Shown here: piece after piece, positions 17,495 to 26,987 of the stretch | Layout of the letters: each line of letters begins with the position of its first letter | Position numbering within the stretch: position 1 is the stretch's first letter | Assembly: GCA_046484315.1 (NCBI GenBank) | Contig: JAWOJC010000067.1 | Span: 1 to 38,078 of the forward strand | Length of the DNA: 38,078 nucleotides | From: Smithellaceae bacterium | GTDB lineage: Bacteria > Desulfobacterota > Syntrophia > Syntrophales > Smithellaceae | Direction: 5' to 3' | Position numbers and translations under genes: made by a program | Notes under the pieces: generated by a model | Databases searched by the model: none | Seen by the model: the letters and a program-made list of their open reading frames with translations, nothing else | What the model was told of the DNA's origin: nothing

Positions 17495-19681
17495 ATGCAC
17501 TATACGCGATCACCGCTTTGTCACGGGTATGCCAATCAGACCCTGACGATCGATTTACATACAGGCCATGCGGAAGTCTGTCCGCTTGACACACGGATGC
17601 GGGATTTTTTCATCGGCGGCCGGGGCCTGGGGCTTTATCTGCTGCATCAGCGCGTCACCTCTCGAACAGATGCCTGCGATCCGGAAAATCCCCTGATCTT
17701 TTCACCGGGACCGCTGGGGGGGATTCCGCAATTCCCCGGGTCGAGCAAATGCATGGCGGTTTCGCTGTCGCCTTTGACCCGCATTCCGGGCGTGTCCAAT
17801 TTCGGCGGTTATTTCGGTGCTTACCTGAAATATGCCGGGTTTGACGCGCTGACCGTGACGGGCATAGCGGATGCCGGCACGATGATTGTGATTGATGGTT
17901 TTGCCTCAACGGTCACGGTCACCCGCGCGCCCGGGGCGGCTTCTGTTTTTGATCTGGAGAAAATCCTTGTGGATCGGTTTGTCCGGGCGGGGCGTGATCG
18001 CAAGGAGATCGCTTTTCTTACCACCGGCGTCGGGGCGGCCAACACCGTGTTCGGCTGCATCAACAGCCACTATTACGATGCCACCAAGCCGGTGGCGGGC
18101 GGCAAAGGCCTTTTCCGCACCAAGCAGGCGGGCCGCACGGGGCTGGGGTCCGTCATGCGTCACAAAAACATTACCGCGATTGTCGTTTTGGCGTCCTTTC
18201 CCCATGGCGATAATCCCTACGGCGCCGAAGACTGGGGCACGGCGAAGGCTGCGGGACTGAGACTGCACAAAATCATCAAAGAGGTCGATCCGCAGGCGCT
18301 TCAGATGTATCTGCGGGGATCAGCCGGCGTGGTTTCCTTTATGAACAAGCAGGAATATCAATCCCTGCCTGTGAATAATTTTCAGTACGGTTCGCATCCG
18401 GAAGCAGGCCGGATCTGCGGCAAAGCTTATGCCGAAGGCCTTTTTGAACACCGGGGGATGGACGGGTGTTTTCCCGGCTGCAATCTGCGCTGCACCAAAG
18501 GCGGCTGGGTGACGCTGACCACCGGTGAACAAGCGGAAAAGAAGGTCTGGGTGGACGGTCCCGAGTATGAAACCGCCGCCGGTTTCGGATCCAATCTCGG
18601 CGTGTGGCATCCCGAATTCATCATGGAGGCCAACTGGCATTGCGATAACTACGGGATCGATACGATCAGCACCGCTGTCATCATGGCCTTCATCATGGAG
18701 TGCTATCAGCGCGGATATTTGATCGCTGAAGATACGGACGGGTTTGTGCTGACCTGGGGGGATGAGAAAACCGCGCTGCAATTCATTCATGATCTCGCGA
18801 ACCGTAAAACGGCACTTGCGGGTGTGGCCGCTTCCGGCATGATAAAACTGGCCCGGTGGGTGGCTGAAAGATACGCAGCCCGCACCGGAAACCCCGCTCC
18901 GGCTGAAGCGCTGCAAACCTTTGCCATGCAGACCAAGGGGCTGCCGTTTTCTTTGTACCGGACGCACCGGTCCTTGTCCATGCAGGCATCCTATGCAGCG
19001 GCCAGCGATATCGGCGCGCATCACGCGGCCGCCTGGCTCGTCAAAGTGGATCTGCTGGGTGCGTTTCCGACCTTTGCGGATAAAGCCAGAGCGTTGATCA
19101 TGTACCCGCGCGTACGCCTGGGCAACGACAATCTGGGGCTGTGCAAACTGCCCTGGGTGGATGTTTTCAACCCCGAATCGCTCAACCGGGGCGACACGGA
19201 CATTTATATCAATCCCGCCTCACAGGAACTCTACGCGGATTTTTACAATGCCATGCTGGGTACGGCGCTGACCTGGGAGCAGATTTTCGAGCGGACGGAT
19301 CGTGACATCAATCTGCAGCGTGTGATGAATGTGATGGCCTTCGGCGAGGCGACTCTTTCGCACGACTGGATACCCGACCGGGCCATCGGCCCCACGGAGG
19401 ATGCGCTCTACGAACTGGAAAGGGATTATAACGACGCACAACTCGCCCTGGCGCTCCGGTTGCCTGCGGATGAAATCGCGAAAATGGAAACCGCCGAAAA
19501 AAGACGCGCCCTGATGAAGCACCGGAAAGAAGAACTAAGCAAATTGATCCATGTCTATTATCAAGAGCGGGGCTGGACGGGCCAGGGTGTGCCGAAAGTT
19601 CAAACCCTCCGGCAAATCGGTCTTTGGGCGTATTTGAGTGATGAAGCCAGAGAAATAATAACCCGGCTCAACAGTCTATAG
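17495..19681 (+). CDS. Aldehyde:ferredoxin oxidoreductase (AOR) family tungsto/molybdopterin enzyme, long form (728 aa)
   Basis: It has an AOR N-domain (GYANQTLTIDL...FIGGRGLGLYLL), EYETAAGFGSNLG, a Cys cluster (GCFPGCNLRC), and a C-terminal YYQERGWTGQGVP motif. A good RBS (GAGGGG) precedes the start. Confidence 0.9.
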   Translation: MHYTRSPLCHGYANQTLTIDLHTGHAEVCPLDTRMRDFFIGGRGLGLYLLHQRVTSRTDACDPENPLIFSPGPLGGIPQFPGSSKCMAVSLSPLTRIPGVSNFGGYFGAYLKYAGFDALTVTGIADAGTMIVIDGFASTVTVTRAPGAASVFDLEKILVDRFVRAGRDRKEIAFLTTGVGAANTVFGCINSHYYDATKPVAGGKGLFRTKQAGRTGLGSVMRHKNITAIVVLASFPHGDNPYGAEDWGTAKAAGLRLHKIIKEVDPQALQMYLRGSAGVVSFMNKQEYQSLPVNNFQYGSHPEAGRICGKAYAEGLFEHRGMDGCFPGCNLRCTKGGWVTLTTGEQAEKKVWVDGPEYETAAGFGSNLGVWHPEFIMEANWHCDNYGIDTISTAVIMAFIMECYQRGYLIAEDTDGFVLTWGDEKTALQFIHDLANRKTALAGVAASGMIKLARWVAERYAARTGNPAPAEALQTFAMQTKGLPFSLYRTHRSLSMQASYAAASDIGAHHAAAWLVKVDLLGAFPTFADKARALIMYPRVRLGNDNLGLCKLPWVDVFNPESLNRGDTDIYINPASQELYADFYNAMLGTALTWEQIFERTDRDINLQRVMNVMAFGEATLSHDWIPDRAIGPTEDALYELERDYNDAQLALALRLPADEIAKMETAEKRRALMKHRKEELSKLIHVYYQERGWTGQGVPKVQTLRQIGLWAYLSDEAREIITRLNSL

Positions 19682-20630
19682 GGCCGGGTCTGCCTTCGGG
19701 CTGTGATTTTTCCTTTGAAAAGAGACGTCCGGCAAACCGGGCGATTTTCCGGGATACGGGAAGGCAGGCGTGAATCCTCGTCAGTGCTTCGCGGGCCGCC
19801 GCCTCGCCGATTTTGACCAGATCTTTGGATCGGCTGAAATCCGACCAGTGCGTTGTTCCGAGCGCCGGTTGGATGACCACGTCCGCGTCTTTGAGCTCTT
19901 CGGCCTGAAGGGCGTTGGCGGTGATTTCGCCCGCCCGGTACAAGACATCTGTCGCCGTTTCAATTCTGGCGTCCGGCGGCAGATCTCTGTCTACCATCAC
20001 CGCGATGACCGTGTCCGCGCCGGCATTGCGCGCCGCGTGAACCGGCACGAGGCTGACCACGCCGCCGTCGGCCAGCAGCCACTGGCCTATGCGGACCGGT
20101 TCGGCCGCGCCCGGCACGGAACTGCTGGCCAGCACCGCCTGACGCAGTGAGCCTTCGGAAAAAACGACTTGACTGCCGGTGATCAGGTCCGTGGAAACGG
20201 CGAAAAAGGGGATCTGAGTCTGGCGGATGTCGATGTCGGGAAGCAGCGACTCGATCAGCGATTGAAAATCGCCGGTCGGGACGATGCCGGGGCTGAGGAA
20301 TGCCCGGGTGAGCCAGTAGCGGTTTTGAATATAGGCCTGAGTCTTTTGCAGAAAATTTTTAGGCCGTGGCGAAAATGATTCGCCCAGAGATTTCAGGGTG
20401 GAGTCCGCAAACGCGGCGCTGGCCAGGTAGGCATCGACTCTGGCGGAGATTTCTTTGGGGGTCAGGCCGCAGGCGTAGGCCGCGCCGATCAACGCGCCCG
20501 CGCTGGTGCCGGCGATCAAATCGATGTCAATACCCTCCTGCTCAAGCACCTTTATGACACCGATATGGGCCAGGCCGCGAACCCCGCCGCCGCCGAGTGC
20601 CAACCCTACTTTTTTTCCATACCAAGTCAT
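19668..20630 (-). CDS. Patatin-like phospholipase
   Basis: 320 aa with GGGGVRG (oxyanion), GTSAG (GxSxG nucleophile) and a DGG motif (LADGGVV). It overlaps the AOR 3' end by 14 nt in convergent orientation. Confidence 0.9.
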   Translation of the reverse strand: MTWYGKKVGLALGGGGVRGLAHIGVIKVLEQEGIDIDLIAGTSAGALIGAAYACGLTPKEISARVDAYLASAAFADSTLKSLGESFSPRPKNFLQKTQAYIQNRYWLTRAFLSPGIVPTGDFQSLIESLLPDIDIRQTQIPFFAVSTDLITGSQVVFSEGSLRQAVLASSSVPGAAEPVRIGQWLLADGGVVSLVPVHAARNAGADTVIAVMVDRDLPPDARIETATDVLYRAGEITANALQAEELKDADVVIQPALGTTHWSDFSRSKDLVKIGEAAAREALTRIHACLPVSRKIARFAGRLFSKEKSQPEGRPGPIDC

Positions 20631-20963
20631 GCTGTGTGGCTATCCTGTCCGTCATTCAAATCGTGTTTCTTGTATCAATACGGGATGGGTCTGTCAACTG
20701 CCTGTTCGCAGGTGAACCCGTCGCCTTGTTGGCGTTGATTGCGTTGTGCGGTTTAAAAAATCAGACTTCTTGACTTTGTTGGCGATCCCGACTATAGGTT
20801 ACCCCGTGAAAAGACGTGGTGCTCCAAAAGGTGCCGTTTCCCTTCACCGCAGCAGGCAGATCGTCGAATGATGAGATAAATTAAACGGATAAGGCAAAGC
20901 AAGTCCTGTCGGGTCAAAAATGAGGCAAAGCGGTCTTTATTTCCTTGCTTTTGAATATTTTAC

Positions 20964-20992
20964 TTGACAAACGGGCGGTTATTACGTAGCTT
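20964..20992 (+). promoter_or_regulatory. Putative sigma-70 promoter for rplM-rpsI
   Basis: TTGACA (20964-20969), a 17-nt spacer, then TAGCTT (20987-20992), about 40 nt upstream of the rplM ATG. This is a sequence match only. Confidence 0.3.
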
Positions 20993-21031
20993 GCGCCTTT
21001 AAATTTTTATGAGAAGTGGTGATTGAAAAAT

Positions 21032-21460
21032 ATGAAAACATTTTCCGCAAAGGCCCATGAAACAAAACAAGACTGGTATGTCGTCGACGCGTCCGGCAAG
21101 GTGCTGGGGAGGCTGGCCAGTGAAATCGCTTCGCGCCTGCGGGGCAAACACAAGGCGATCTACACCCCCCATGTCGATACGGGTGATTTCATCATCGTTG
21201 TGAACGCTGAAAAAATCCAGATGACCGGCAAAAAGCTGACGGATAAGATTTATTATTCCTACTCCGGATACCCGGGCGGGCTGCGCGAAACGGCCGCCGG
21301 AAAAATGCTGGCTGAAAAACCGGAAAACCTGATCCGTATCGCTGTCGCCGGGATGATGCCTAAAAACAATTTGGGCAGAAAGATGCTCAAAAAACTGAAG
21401 GTTTACAGTGGCAACGCGCATCCCCATGAGGCTCAGTGCCCGCAGACCCTGGCGGTTTAA
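21032..21460 (+). CDS. rplM: 50S ribosomal protein L13
   Basis: [20 protein letters not shown]... matches the L13 N-terminus. I chose the ATG at 21032 over the upstream TTG at 21023. Confidence 0.95.
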   Translation: MKTFSAKAHETKQDWYVVDASGKVLGRLASEIASRLRGKHKAIYTPHVDTGDFIIVVNAEKIQMTGKKLTDKIYYSYSGYPGGLRETAAGKMLAEKPENLIRIAVAGMMPKNNLGRKMLKKLKVYSGNAHPHEAQCPQTLAV

Positions 21461-21506
21461 TTGACCCCGCATCGTGAAGAATGGATAATTATTATAGGGA
21501 GAAGTC

Positions 21507-21899
21507 ATGACTGAACAACGTTATTATGCAACAGGTAAGAGAAAAAGCGCGATTGCCCGCGTGTACATGAAGTCCGGCAGCGGCAATATTGTCGTTAATA
21601 AAAGAAACATCGAAGAGTATTTCCCCCGTCCTTCGCTGAAGATGATTATCCGCCAGCCCCTGGAGATCACAGGCAAGAAAGACCAGTTCGATCTGTTCGT
21701 CAATGTCGCAGGAGGCGGTGTTGCAGGTCAGGCCGGCGCCGTTAAGCACGGCATTTCCAAGGCCCTTCTGGCATACGACGCGGAACTTCGGCCGATTTTG
21801 AAAAAAGCCGGTTTTCTCACCCGTGATGCCCGCATCAAGGAAAGAAAGAAATACGGACAACCGGGCGCCCGTAAAAGATTCCAATTCTCCAAACGTTAA
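21507..21899 (+). CDS. rpsI: 30S ribosomal protein S9
   Basis: 130 aa: [14 protein letters not shown]...[19 protein letters not shown]. Confidence 0.95.
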   Translation: MTEQRYYATGKRKSAIARVYMKSGSGNIVVNKRNIEEYFPRPSLKMIIRQPLEITGKKDQFDLFVNVAGGGVAGQAGAVKHGISKALLAYDAELRPILKKAGFLTRDARIKERKKYGQPGARKRFQFSKR

Positions 21900-21908
21900 C
21901 GCATTCAA

Positions 21909-21935
21909 GGGGGGCTTCAGGCCTCCCTTTTTTTT
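21909..21935 (+). terminator. Rho-independent terminator after rpsI
   Basis: GGGGGGC / GCCTCCC forms a 7-bp stem with a 5-nt loop, followed by a T8 run. Confidence 0.75.
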
Positions 21936-21949
21936 AAGGATACACACCT

Positions 21950-22990
21950 ATGTCGATTAAAGCAGCCATCTATGGCGCAAGCGGTTATACCGGACAGGAG
22001 CTGACGCGGATTTTATCCGGTCACCCGCAGGTGGAACTCACGGCCGTCACCTCACGGCGATTTGCCGGACAGTCTGTTTCGGACGTTTTTCCTTCCCTGT
22101 ACGGTTTAACCCCTCTGAAATACGAAGACGCGACCCCCGAGCAGATTGCCGGTCTGTGCGATGTGGTTTTTCTGGCCCTGCCGCACGGCGTGTCGATGGA
22201 CATCGCTCCGGTTTTTGTTCAGGCAGGGAAAAAAGTCATAGATCTGAGCGCGGATTACCGACTGCATGACCTCATGATTTATGAAAAATGGTACGCGAAG
22301 CACAAAAGCGCGAATCTTCTGTCGCGCGCCGTCTACGGCCTTCCTGAACTTTACCGGAGCGCCATTGAAACAAGCTCGTTTGTCGCCAACCCCGGCTGTT
22401 ATCCGACCAGCATTATCTTAGGTCTGGCACCCGCTTTGAAAAACGGTCTGATCGATCCGTCAACCATTATTGCCGATTCCGCATCCGGTGTGAGCGGTGC
22501 GGGCAGAGATCCTCTGATCGGTTCGCTTTTCTGCGAGGTGGCCGGCGGCTTCAAGGCTTATAAAGTCGGCAAACACCGGCACACGCCGGAGATCGAGCAG
22601 GAGCTGGGCGCGCTGGCGGGCGAAGCATTCGCGGTGACTTTTACACCGCATCTGTTGCCGGTCAAAAGGGGCATTTTGAGCACGCTCTACGCCACGCTGA
22701 AAAAAGAGATATCGCAGGCGGAATTACACGCCCTGTATACGTCTTTTTATGAGGCAGAGGCTTTCGTGCGGGTTTGTCCCGAGGGCGTTTATCCGAATGT
22801 TTCTGCGGTGGCCGGATCCAATTATTGCGATATCGGTCTGGCGGTGGATACTCGGACCCGGCGGGTGATCGTTCTTTCCGCCATTGACAATCTGATCAAG
22901 GGCGCCGCCGGTCAGGCCGTGCAGAACATGAACCTCATGTGTTCCCTGCCGGAAGACTGCGGTCTTCGGATTGCGCCGCTTTTTCCCTGA
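21950..22990 (+). CDS. argC: N-acetyl-gamma-glutamyl-phosphate reductase
   Basis: 346 aa with [12 protein letters not shown], the active-site NPGCYPTS, and [17 protein letters not shown]. Confidence 0.95.
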   Translation: MSIKAAIYGASGYTGQELTRILSGHPQVELTAVTSRRFAGQSVSDVFPSLYGLTPLKYEDATPEQIAGLCDVVFLALPHGVSMDIAPVFVQAGKKVIDLSADYRLHDLMIYEKWYAKHKSANLLSRAVYGLPELYRSAIETSSFVANPGCYPTSIILGLAPALKNGLIDPSTIIADSASGVSGAGRDPLIGSLFCEVAGGFKAYKVGKHRHTPEIEQELGALAGEAFAVTFTPHLLPVKRGILSTLYATLKKEISQAELHALYTSFYEAEAFVRVCPEGVYPNVSAVAGSNYCDIGLAVDTRTRRVIVLSAIDNLIKGAAGQAVQNMNLMCSLPEDCGLRIAPLFP

Positions 22991-23005
22991 AGAAAGAAAG
23001 ACCTC

Positions 23006-24478
23006 ATGTCTCAGAAAATATTTAATACCCGGACGCGAAAAAAGGAAGTTTTCCAGCCGATCACTAAAGGCGCGGTAGGCATGTATGTTTGCGGCATTAC
23101 CGCCTATGATGTCTGCCATGTCGGTCACGCTCGGGCGGCTGTGGTGTTTGATGTCGTCTCTCGTCACCTCAGGGCCCGCGGTTACAAGGTGACGTATGTC
23201 AAAAATTTCACCGACATTGACGATAAAATTATTGACCGGGCCAACGCCGAAGGCGTCGATTTTTCCGAAATCGCCGAACGCTACATCCGTTTGCATGACG
23301 AAGATATGGCCGCGCTCAATGTGTTGCCCCCGACCGTGACCCCGAAGGCCACCGGCCACATGGCGGACATGATCTCGCTCATTTCCGCGCTGGAGGAAAA
23401 AGGCATCGCCTACCCGGTGGACGGCGACGTGTTTTTTTCAGTGAATAACTTTCCCGCTTACGGCGGATTGTCGGGACGACTGCTCGATGACATGCAGGCA
23501 GGCGCCCGCGTTGATGTCAACGACAAAAAGAAAAACCCCCTTGATTTTGTGTTGTGGAAAAAAAGCAAGGAAGGCGAGCCGTCCTGGGACAGCCCGTGGG
23601 GCAAAGGCAGGCCCGGCTGGCACATTGAGTGTTCGGCCATGAGCCGTCGGTATCTCGGTGATACGTTTGATATTCACGGCGGCGGCGAAGACCTGGTTTT
23701 TCCGCATCACGAAAATGAAATTGCCCAGTCGCAGGCTGTGACGGGGAAACCGCCTGCCCATTACTGGATGCACAACGGCTTTGTAAAAATCAACGCCGAA
23801 AAGATGTCCAAGTCTCTGGGCAATATCTTTCCGGTCCGGGAGATTATCCGTCAGTACCATCCCGAAGTGCTTAGGCTGTTTATGCTTCAGAGTCATTACC
23901 GCAGCCCCGTGGATTATTCGGACACGTCTTTAAAAGAAGCCAGAGCCGCGCTGACGCGCTGCTATGCGGCTTTGAAACTGATGAAGGACGCCCGTGCAGG
24001 CGCGTCTGCGCAGAGCGAAACAACCCCTCTGCCCGCACGGCTGGTGTATATCGGCAAACTCAATGAGCTCAAAGACAGGTTTGACGAAGCGCTTGATGAC
24101 GATTTCAACACGGCCCAGGCGCTGGGCTGCGTATTCGAGGCGGCAAGGCTGATCAACAACCTGCTGACGGCGGAAAAAAAGATGCCGGCCGGTGAAAAGC
24201 AAAGTGTTGTGGATGTTGCTTTTCCTGTCTTTGACCATTTTCGTGATGTGCTGGGTGTTTTTCAGTCCGATCCCGACCTGTTTTTCGATATCGATCGTGA
24301 GTTTGAGGTGCGGAAACGCGGCTTGGACGTTGGTAGAATTGTCGATTTAATCTCGAAAAGACAGGCAGCCCGAAGCGATAAAGACTGGGGGCTGGCTGAC
24401 GATATTCGCAAGGAACTCGACGCGATGGGGGTTGTGCTGAAGGATTCCCCGATCGGAACCACCTGGTCGGTTGCATAA
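23006..24478 (+). CDS. cysS: Cysteine--tRNA ligase
   Basis: 490 aa with a HIGH-type motif (HVGHA), KMSKSLGN, and WHIECSAM. Confidence 0.95.
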   Translation: MSQKIFNTRTRKKEVFQPITKGAVGMYVCGITAYDVCHVGHARAAVVFDVVSRHLRARGYKVTYVKNFTDIDDKIIDRANAEGVDFSEIAERYIRLHDEDMAALNVLPPTVTPKATGHMADMISLISALEEKGIAYPVDGDVFFSVNNFPAYGGLSGRLLDDMQAGARVDVNDKKKNPLDFVLWKKSKEGEPSWDSPWGKGRPGWHIECSAMSRRYLGDTFDIHGGGEDLVFPHHENEIAQSQAVTGKPPAHYWMHNGFVKINAEKMSKSLGNIFPVREIIRQYHPEVLRLFMLQSHYRSPVDYSDTSLKEARAALTRCYAALKLMKDARAGASAQSETTPLPARLVYIGKLNELKDRFDEALDDDFNTAQALGCVFEAARLINNLLTAEKKMPAGEKQSVVDVAFPVFDHFRDVLGVFQSDPDLFFDIDREFEVRKRGLDVGRIVDLISKRQAARSDKDWGLADDIRKELDAMGVVLKDSPIGTTWSVA

Positions 24479-24641
24479 CTTCTCTGGCGGTCTTTTTTTC
24501 TGTTTTCTGAATAAAAACCTGAATATTTATTCCAACAGTGCCGAAATATATGGTAAACGTTTTCGACGGGATATAGACTTTTCCGCCGTGAAGGGCTGCG
24601 TTGAAACGAAATAAAAAACGATGCGACAAGTGAGGCAGGCG

Positions 24642-25958
24642 ATGAAAAAGATAGCAGGTAAGTGGCCGGTGCTGGTCCTGGTTCTCCTCGGGGTCTTTGT
24701 GCTTTTAGGCCCCTACTATGACGGCAGGGTTTCTGCCCGGGACAAAAGTATCTACAAAGAGATCAAAACCTTCAACGAAGTCCTCGATATGGTACAGAAA
24801 AACTACGTTGAAGAAGTGGATGCCGCAGCCCTGATCCAGGGAGCGATCAACGGCATGATCAAATCGCTCGATCCCCACAGCGCATTTATGACACCGGAAA
24901 TGTACAAGGAACTGTCTGTGGAAACGCAGGGTCATTTTGGCGGGATCGGCATTGAAATCACCATTTTGAAAGATGTGCTCACCGTGGTTTCCCCCATTGA
25001 AGATACCCCGGCATTCAACGCGGGTGTGAAATCCGGCGATCAGATCATACGGATTGACGGACAGTCGACAAAAGATATTACCATTATGGAAGCCGTTAAA
25101 AAACTGCGCGGCCCGAAAAACACAAAAGTGACCATTACGATCCTGCGTGAGGACAGTCCCCTGTCCAAAGATTTCGTTTTGACCCGTGATGTCATTCAGA
25201 TCCGTAGCGTGCGTTCCCGGGTTTACGGGGATATCGGTTACATCCGGATCGCTTCTTTCCATGAACGGACATCCGCAGATCTGAAAAAGGCGCTGGCCGA
25301 GGTGAGTTCAAAAGCGTCGCCCATGAAGGGACTCGTGCTGGATTTGCGAAATGATCCGGGCGGTCTTTTGAACCAGGCCATTGAAGTTTCCGACATGTTT
25401 TTGAAATCCGGTGTGATCGTTTCCACACGCGGACGCAGCAGCGCTATGGACATCAAGTCTGTGGCGAAGGATTCGGGCCGCAGTGAGGTGACTGTGCCCA
25501 TGGTCGTGCTCGTGAATGAAGGCACGGCCAGCGCGGCAGAAATCGTTGCCGGCGCTCTGCAGGACAATGGCCGGGCGCTGATTGTCGGAACCCAGACCTT
25601 TGGCAAGGCTTCCGTCCAGACGGTCATCCCTCTGGAAGACGGATCCGCGCTCAAACTGACCACCGCGCGCTACTACACGCCCAGCGGAAAGTCCATTCAG
25701 GCGGAAGGCATCCGGCCCGATATCGTGGTGAAAGCACTGCGTCTGAGCGAAGAGGCGGACTTCGCTTCGGAGGATCGCCTGCGTGAAAAAGATCTGAAAA
25801 ACCACATTACGCAGGGCAAAGACGACAAAGGACTTCCTGAGGAAAAAAAGCCGGACACGGACGCATCTGATCTGGACAAAGACAACCAGCTCAAAACGGC
25901 GATCGACATAATTAAAAGCTGGCAGATCATGAAGCCGCAACTGTCGGCGCAACCCTGA
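24642..25958 (+). CDS. ctpA: Carboxy-terminal processing (S41) peptidase with a PDZ domain
   Basis: The ORF spans 24621..25958. The ATG at 24642 has GAGG 6 nt upstream and gives a signal/anchor sequence (MKKIAGKWPVLVLVLLGVF). It has PDZ (GGIGIEI...GDQIIRIDG) and S41 core motifs (DLRNDPGGLL, NEGTASAAEIVAGALQD, TFGKASVQT). Confidence 0.9.
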   Translation: MKKIAGKWPVLVLVLLGVFVLLGPYYDGRVSARDKSIYKEIKTFNEVLDMVQKNYVEEVDAAALIQGAINGMIKSLDPHSAFMTPEMYKELSVETQGHFGGIGIEITILKDVLTVVSPIEDTPAFNAGVKSGDQIIRIDGQSTKDITIMEAVKKLRGPKNTKVTITILREDSPLSKDFVLTRDVIQIRSVRSRVYGDIGYIRIASFHERTSADLKKALAEVSSKASPMKGLVLDLRNDPGGLLNQAIEVSDMFLKSGVIVSTRGRSSAMDIKSVAKDSGRSEVTVPMVVLVNEGTASAAEIVAGALQDNGRALIVGTQTFGKASVQTVIPLEDGSALKLTTARYYTPSGKSIQAEGIRPDIVVKALRLSEEADFASEDRLREKDLKNHITQGKDDKGLPEEKKPDTDASDLDKDNQLKTAIDIIKSWQIMKPQLSAQP

Positions 25959-25995
25959 CAAACGGTTTCAGGGATCGGGAAAACGGTTGGATCTT

Positions 25996-26937
25996 ATGAA
26001 AAAGAAAAAAAAGAATCAGATCGTAAAGGCGGCGCTGATCGCACTGATTGTCCTTTCGGTGGCCGCGATTGTTTACGTATTGCAGTTCAAAGAAGAGCCA
26101 ATGCCGCAGGCCAAACCGCCCGTGACCCAACCTTCTGTGGACAGGCCTGTTTTGGAAAAAGAAAAACCTGCGGTGCCGGTTGAGAAGGAAAAGCCTGAAA
26201 AAGAAAAGGTGGTTGTTTCCAAAATTGAAAAAAAGCCGCTGCCGAAACCGACCCGGCGGGTCGCTATCATCATTGATGACATCGGCTATGATATGACGGC
26301 AGTTAAAAATCTGATCGCGATTGATGCGGACATTACCTTTGCTATTTTACCCCACATTACCTACTCGCGCCGGGCTGCCGACATGCTGCACCAGGCCGGT
26401 CGGGAAACGCTTTTGCATCTGCCGATGGAGCCTGCCTCCTATCCGAAGGCAAAGCCGGGTGAAGGCGCTTTGTTCACGGATATGAATGAAGCGGAACTGA
26501 TACACCAGATGGAGAAAAACTTTGCCTCCGTTCCCCATGTTTCAGGCGTGAACAACCACATGGGATCCAAATTCATGTCGGATGAAGAAAAGCTGACGCT
26601 GGTCTTCCGTGAGTTAAAGAAGAGAAATATGTTTTTTATCGATTCCCGCACCACGCCCCAGTCAAAAACCGCCGCCGCGTTGCGCACCGTTGATGTGCCT
26701 ATCGGATCCCGCACGGTTTTTCTGGATAATGAACGTGACTACAACCGGATCTATCGCATTCTGATGGAAGTTGCCAATGCCGGGGATCGCGGCGTCCCGG
26801 CCATTATGATCGGTCACCCCTACCCGGAAACCATCCGGGCGATCAGGGATGCCAACAGGGTGTTTCGGGAAAAGGGCGTGGTGGTTGTGCCCGTATCCAG
26901 GCTGATACAGAAGAAAGCGCCCCAGGGGGCTTCCTAA
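25996..26937 (+). CDS. Divergent polysaccharide deacetylase family protein (YibQ-like)
   Basis: It has an N-terminal anchor, a Pro/Lys/Glu-rich linker, then VAIIIDDIGYD...FAILP...LLHLPMEP...GVNNHMGSKF...FIDSRTT. S41 peptidase followed by yibQ is a common pairing. Confidence 0.75.
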   Translation: MKKKKKNQIVKAALIALIVLSVAAIVYVLQFKEEPMPQAKPPVTQPSVDRPVLEKEKPAVPVEKEKPEKEKVVVSKIEKKPLPKPTRRVAIIIDDIGYDMTAVKNLIAIDADITFAILPHITYSRRAADMLHQAGRETLLHLPMEPASYPKAKPGEGALFTDMNEAELIHQMEKNFASVPHVSGVNNHMGSKFMSDEEKLTLVFRELKKRNMFFIDSRTTPQSKTAAALRTVDVPIGSRTVFLDNERDYNRIYRILMEVANAGDRGVPAIMIGHPYPETIRAIRDANRVFREKGVVVVPVSRLIQKKAPQGAS

Positions 26938-26987
26938 AGTCACGACAGAAATCCTTGAAACAGCACAGACATGACGGGTCTTGTTCT

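Noticed and set aside
22425-22440. TGGCAC-N5-TTGA, a sigma-54-like box.
   Set aside because: It lies inside the argC coding sequence, lacks the -12 GC dinucleotide, and has no downstream gene to serve.
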